Positions 50,348 to 57,279 of a DNA stretch of 57,279 nt are shown piece after piece (within the stretch, counting starts at the first letter, position 1; the number at the start of each line of letters is the position of its first letter). A program made the translations under genes and the position numbers. Source of the stretch: Octopus sinensis. Its lineage: Eukaryota. The notes beneath the pieces are model-generated. The model made no database searches, had not been told where the DNA came from, and saw only the letters and a program-made list of their open reading frames with translations. The stretch lies in the NCBI RefSeq assembly GCF_006345805.1, contig NW_021833625.1:1-57279 (forward strand), written 5' to 3'.

Positions 50348-51320
50348 TATCATCATCATCGTCGTCATCGTCGTCATCATCATCATCATAACCATCATCC
50401 TCGTCATCATCATCATCATCATCATCGTCATCATCATCATCATCGTCATCATCATCATCATCGTCGTCGTCGTCATCGGTCATTGCTACTAAGCATCAAA
50501 TCAGCTCTGAACACGCGCAAGTCTACATTTGAAAAAGTCTTCCAAACATGCCCACCACGTCTTAATTACATTCAAAATCGTTTCCGTTGCTATATTTCTA
50601 AACAAAACAGTTAATTATATCAAACCAAATTGCAATCGTTCTGCCATCATTTTTCATGGTGCAGCCGTCGCCATCGCTGTTGTTGTTGTTGTTGTCGTTG
50701 CAGTTGCTACTGTTGTTGTTATTGTTCTTGCGAATATCATTGTTGTTGTTTGTTGTTGTTGTTGTTTGTTGTTGTTTTTGCTGCTGCTGCTGCTGCTGCT
50801 GCTAATGTTTTTTGTGTTTTAATTGTTATTGCTGTTGTTTTTGCTGTTTTTTTTAATTGTTATCGTGCATTTCGCTTCTGCTCTTCCTGTTCTTTTTAGC
50901 TGCTGCTGTTGCTGTTGTTGTTGTTGCTGTTGCTGTTATTACTATTATCACCGTTGTTGTTATTGACGTTGTTTTTTGTGGTTGTCGTCATCACCGCTGT
51001 TGTTGTTATTGTTGTTGTTGTTGTTGTTGTTGTGTTGTTGTTGTTGATGTTGTTGTTTTTGTTGCCGTTGTTGATATCACCGTTGTTGTTTCGTCTCAGT
51101 TCGGGCAGGCATATTATGATCAAAGACATTCCTGCAACGTTATCTCTCTTACAGACGTTCTATGTTTTCTTGTTTTCTTATTTTATTATTGTTGTTGTTC
51201 TTCTTCTTCTTGTGTGCGTTGCGGTTTTCACCCGGTCTGTGAACACGCATACATACATACATACATACATACATACATACATACATACATACATACATAC
51301 ATACATACATACATACACAC
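49510..51320. repeat. Large compound microsatellite field: (GA)n/(GATA)n, (GAT)n, (CAT/CGT)n, (GTT/GCT)n, (TACA)n
   Basis: Directly visible, with short non-repetitive spacers. Confidence 0.9.
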
Positions 51321-51463
51321 TCACACACACAGGCATACATACATTTACGTTATAACATATAATGCTAGTGTTTGCATTTACAAACATACATAATTATGTA
51401 TAGATATACATACATATATATATATAGATAGATATATGTAAATATATATATATATATATACAT

Positions 51464-51496
<33 letters not shown>

Positions 51497-51535
51497 CACA
51501 CACACATATATATGTATATATATATATATACATCT

Positions 51536-51639
<104 letters not shown>

Positions 51640-51799
51640 CGTATACACATATATAATGAATATGAAATATATATATATATACATATATATATAGAATAGA
51701 ATATATATAAACATATATATATATATTAATATATAGATATATGTATATATAAACACACAAAGATATACATAAATCTACATATATATGTATACATACATA

Positions 51800-52015
51800 C
51801 GTAACCACATGTGAACTGTTGGCGCTTTTTTACCCTGTCTTCTCTTTCTTTGGACTTTTCTCTGTCTCTTGTTTCTGAAGAAGAGGGTTTGCTCGAAACA
51901 TAAAACCACCTTTCTTTTCCTTCCCTAAGCATCTGCTAATTCTTTGCGTATACCACTTCCTCGCTTTGTGGAGTTTTTTGTCTTGTATCTGTTCTTGTTC
52001 TTTTTTTGGGGTGGT
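51800..52015 (+). repeat. Hammerhead-like repeat family H2 (motif 51871-51906)
   Basis: gttt-CTGAAGA-A-GAG ggtttg CTC-GAAAC-ATA-aaac. Stem I gttt/aaac. The cleavage triplet reads AUA rather than GUA, consistent with CpG decay. Confidence 0.55.
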
Positions 52016-52047
52016 GGGAATTGATATTCTATATATTATATATATAT

Positions 52048-52083
<36 letters not shown>

Positions 52084-52084
52084 A

Positions 52085-52290
52085 TTAATCCAAACATGAA
52101 AACAAAGAGAAAACACAATAACGCGAGGACGTGGAACTAGTATAGTATTATTGGATGCTCAGGAAAGAAGGAAAGAAGGAGGGCTTAAAGCTTCGAGGAG
52201 AGCTCTTCGTCAGAAACATAGGAAAAGGAAAGATCCAAAGAAGGGAAGACGGAGGGAAAAAATAGCCAACGGTACACTCGCGGTGAATTT
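52085..52290 (-). repeat. Hammerhead-like repeat family H2, inverted relative to 51800-52015
   Basis: Minus strand gttt-CTGACGA-A-GAG ctctc CTC-GAAG-cttt-aagc. Downstream ttcc...gagcatc...cctcgc resembles the plus copy. Confidence 0.5.
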
Positions 52291-53345
52291 GATTAACCCA
52301 TGGTTGATTTAAGTTTAGCTTTCTCCTCCCCATTCTTATAAACTCCAAGTTGTTATTTAACTCGCTTTGTGAACGGGTGTGAACCAAACCACACGTGCAT
52401 GTACTTACATCGTGGATGCTTGTAAGAGCGAGTGCACATGCGCCATGCAGCCTACGTGAGGGCGCTTATACATCCATATCCGCAAACGTTCATTTTGAAT
52501 ACTTTTCTCGCAGTATTGCGCGTTCGTTTCTTTTTTGCATCTGATACTTTATTTTTTATCTTCCACATAAATGAAGATATATCCTTTATTTGGCTGCTTT
52601 ACTTTACACGAAATGAGAATGTACTTTATGGAACTGTCATTTAGCGAGTTATATCTATTTATTCCCCGAAGAAACACATCTGCCCCGACGGATACTCCTG
52701 AATCAGTTGTAAGTATTCTACCCGTAATGGATCAATGCCAGATGTGTCGAAACAATTGTGATTAATAAAAATTCTCGTATCTTCCATCTTCCGTCTTTCA
52801 TTTACCATATACATATAATTAATTCAATAATGACATACGATAAATAATTTCATAGTTGACCTCTACCGACTTCAGCCACATCCTTGCTGTATTCTTCGGA
52901 TATTGTTTCGTTTGTAGAATTACTTCTCATATGATGATTACGGTCTTTTATAATGATGTAATGTTCTTATTCTTCAATAAAAAAATTACATACGAAACAA
53001 CTGTAATAGACGGATTACATCGTGTTATTATTCCTTTGATTATAATACATCAAGAGGATTTACGACTTGTCGGACACCCTAGATTATTCCATCAACGTAC
53101 TATTTAAAAATAATGCTTCATTTGGACCAGCCCCTTCGGCGCTAAATATTTATATGGTTGGTTTCCCTGTGTACACAACCGAAATATCCTATCTGATATT
53201 TTGACTCTCACCAACAATAGGCCGGGACCACAGAAATTACCTAGTCCTGTCAGATGCATACCTGATTTTATCTGAATCCTACATTTTACTACACACACAC
53301 ATATATATACATGCATACACACACATACACATATGCATGATTCTA

Positions 53346-54329
<984 letters not shown>

Positions 54330-54678
54330 ATAAACACACAGAAGGAGATACATTTAGGCGTTTACAAGAAATTTGAAATGAACTGATCTGTCTTAGCATT
54401 TTTTCGTTTTCTCAGGAAACTGTTTTTAGCATTTTCTTCTTATTATCAAAGAATGTATATATGTATTGTAATGTTTTGTGACAACCAGTACTTAATATAA
54501 CAAAGCTTTGTAAAAGCTTTACATTTTACATTTGACAATCTTTTTCTAAAAAAGGGAAACCGGTCAAGTGAATAAACAACCTTTAAAATTGCATTTTAAA
54601 AATCTTGAAACAAAACTGAACAATAACATGCATGCATACATACATAGACATATAGATAGATAGGCAGTTACATATATA

Positions 54679-54909
54679 TCTTTATATATAAAAGTGAAGT
54701 TGTGTGTCTGTGTCCTACGATTTAGATTCCTAACTACTCCCACATTTTGCGGTGCAGTGTAACCAAAAGCGGATATCTTATAGTCGTGATTCATATCGAG
54801 CCCTTCTGGGTATTAGCACGCGTCTACGATGAGTCTACGATTAAAAAAAAAAATTACCATCGTTTTTTCTTCCCTTACAAACCTGAGCAACGCCGGGCGA
54901 TACTGCTAG
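54679..54909 (+). mobile_element. Non-autonomous Helitron-like element, internally deleted
   Basis: A|TCTTTATATATAAAAG ... cctgagcaacgccggg cgatactgCTAG|T. Confidence 0.85.
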
Positions 54910-54935
54910 TATATATATATATGTGTGTGTGTGTA

Positions 54936-55056
<121 letters not shown>

Positions 55057-55798
55057 GTGTGTGTTTGTATACGTTTGTATACAGTACAAAACTAATATCA
55101 AACTATAAATATTACCTTTTCCTAGGGGGAACTAAAAACAAAATTGCCTTAACGTAAGGATGATACCTAAAATTTAACTCGAATAAGCCTTCTAAATGTG
55201 AAAGAGGGCGATAGATAGATAGATGAATAGACAGACAGATAGATAAATAGATGCAGATGAAGGTAAGCGCATGTTTGTGTGCGTTTATTCCAACGTAAAC
55301 AGTTTATTACATTAGTATACACATGCTTGCCTTTTGTTTTTGCATGGTTTAGCTTTCGGCGAAGAAGCAGAACCAAGATTAAAACTCTCATCTACATAAT
55401 TGTATCTTCAATGATGTCTATGATAACAACATAAACAGCCAACGTAAACAACATCGATATAAAGAAGGTAAGCAATGAGGAACAAACAACAGCAACGATA
55501 TATAAACAACAGCAGGCAACAAAAACGAAAATTAAAGCAAACACTCTACCACGAGCAGTAAGTAAACCAAAAAATATATAAAATTAAAGAGAAATGAAAA
55601 TAAAGATATAGATAAATATGTAAATAAAAAAAAATAAATAAAAGAGAAATGAATGGGTTAATGAATAAAAAAATACATAAACATTTAATTATTTTTTGTT
55701 ATGATTTATTTTGTTGTGTATTTGTTATTTGTTTTTATTTTCTTACTGTTTGATATACGTCGAGGGTCTTGTTTTTTTTTTAATTTGTATTTAGTATA

Positions 55799-55960
55799 GG
55801 CGCAGGAGTGGCTGAGTGGTAAGTAGCTTGCTTACTAGCCACATGGTTCTGGGTTGAGTCCCACTGCGTGGCACCTTGGGCAAGTGTCTTCTACTATAAC
55901 CTCGGTCCGACCAAAGCCTTATGAGTGGATTTGGTAGACGGAAACTGAAAGAAGCCCGTC

Positions 55961-56023
<63 letters not shown>

Positions 56024-56290
56024 GTGTGTGTGTGTGTGTATATGCATGTGTATGTATGTGTGAGTATATGTTTGTGTGTCTGTGTTTGTCTCCTCAAAAT
56101 CGTTAGACAACCGATGGTGTTGTGTTTACGTCCCCGTAACTTAGCGGTTCGACAAAAATGACCTATATAATAAGTACTAGGCTTACAAAGAATAAGTTCT
56201 GGGGTCGATTTTCTCGAGTAAAGGCGGTGCTCCAGCATGGTCGCAGTCAAATGACTGAAACAATTAAAAGAGAGAAGAGAGAAAAGAGAA
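55799..56290 (+). mobile_element. Family A SINE, full length
   Basis: ggcgcaggagtggctgagtgg...gactgaaacaattaaaagag, with internal (TA)n(TG)n. Confidence 0.9.
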
Positions 56291-56881
56291 AAAGAGTGTA
56301 TTTTGCCAGCGGTCATTGTCGCATCTACTGTTGGTTGTTGGTGGCGACAATGGTGTTGGTGATGCTGACAGTGGCAGCGGTGGCCGTAGTAAGGAAGGTG
56401 TTGGTGTCGATGATGATATCGGTTGTGATTGTTGTGCTGTAGGTGGGGATGGTGGTATTGGTGCTGATGGCAATGCTGGTGATGATGATGATGATGTTGA
56501 TGGAGGTGATGCTATTGGTGGTGACGATGTAAATGCGGTATTCACTGATACAAGCTACATCCTACACATAGCTTACGTATGTACAGCTAGTATGTATCAG
56601 AACCAATCAGAAAAAAAAGGCCGAAGGTCCTTCAGAGCCCTAGGCCCACAAAGCCAGTTTCCTGGTTTCAAACCCTGGACGGAATCCCTGTCCGTCACAG
56701 GGTTACTTATTTTTGCCAGCTTAACGACAGGAAATAAAGTGTATTGTTCAAGAATACAGTGCATCGCCCGATCAATGAATCTAAAGAATAATTTTACGAT
56801 CAGGACTGCAACACACTAAGCCACGCACAACCACATCTTACAGACGCCTTATACAAATACACACACACATATGTTATGGAT

Positions 56882-57182
56882 GGAAGCACTCCGTCGGTTA
56901 CCACGACGAGGGTTCCGGTTGATCCGAATCAACGGAACAGCCTGCTTGTGAAATTAACGTGTAAGTGGCTGAGCACTCCACAGACACGTGTACACTTAAC
57001 GTAGTTCTCGGGGATATTCAGCGTGACACAGAGAGTGACAAGGCCGGTCCTTTGGAATACAGGTACAACAGAAACAGGAAGTAAGAGTGAGAGAAAGTTG
57101 TGGTGAAAGAGTACAGCAGGGATCACCACCAACCCCTGCCGGAGCCGCGTGGAGCTTTAGGTGTTTTCGCTCAATAAACACA
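56882..57182 (-). mobile_element. Family B SINE lacking the tRNA head
   Basis: ggaagcactccgtcgg...cgctcaataaacacac, where homology stops. Confidence 0.85.
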
Positions 57183-57240
57183 CATGTTATATGTATGTTA
57201 TGAATGTTCTACCTATCTCTCTATATATGTATGTCATATG

Positions 57241-57279
<39 letters not shown>

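Noticed and set aside
49829-50492. ORFs with poly-D, poly-H/Q/A tracts resembling a transcription-factor low-complexity region
   Set aside because: The open frames also contain long poly-M/poly-I, the other frames have stops, and no domain or splice support was seen.
52720-52765. GAAAC followed by palindromic ACAATTGT
   Set aside because: No CUGANGA-like core upstream, and the would-be cleavage triplet is GUG.
56264-56819. G/D-rich and P/S-rich ORFs
   Set aside because: Decayed GGT/GAT trinucleotide sequence with no recognisable domain.

Overview
AT-rich eukaryotic DNA made mostly of microsatellites and interspersed repeats. The repeat families look like those I associate with octopod cephalopods (recognition from memory, not a database hit). 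I found no host protein-coding gene I can support. Nearly all ORFs in the supplied track are translated microsatellites or SINE sequence. Supported content: (1) at least four tRNA-headed SINE groups with mix-and-match bodies and tails; (2) decayed non-LTR retrotransposon pieces: CR1/L2-group (including an RT with YADD at 48.6-48.9 kb), R4/Dong-like restriction-like-endonuclease C-termini embedded in (AAT)n, and an RTE-like C-terminus; (3) six non-autonomous Helitron-like elements (5'-TC, hairpin, CTAG-3'), two of them forming a head-to-head ~880 bp foldback; (4) a mariner-derived MITE, other foldback elements and a tRNA-Glu-derived pseudogene. The most notable signal is a set of minimal type-I hammerhead-ribozyme-like motifs in several unrelated repeat families. 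The best is on the minus strand at 54112-54152: fully paired stems, a GUC site, a palindromic stem III and a compensatory U3-A8 core. It lies in a 359-bp unit with a partial tandem repeat, which is a retrozyme/Penelope-like layout. Coordinates were counted by hand and degenerate ends may be off by several bases.
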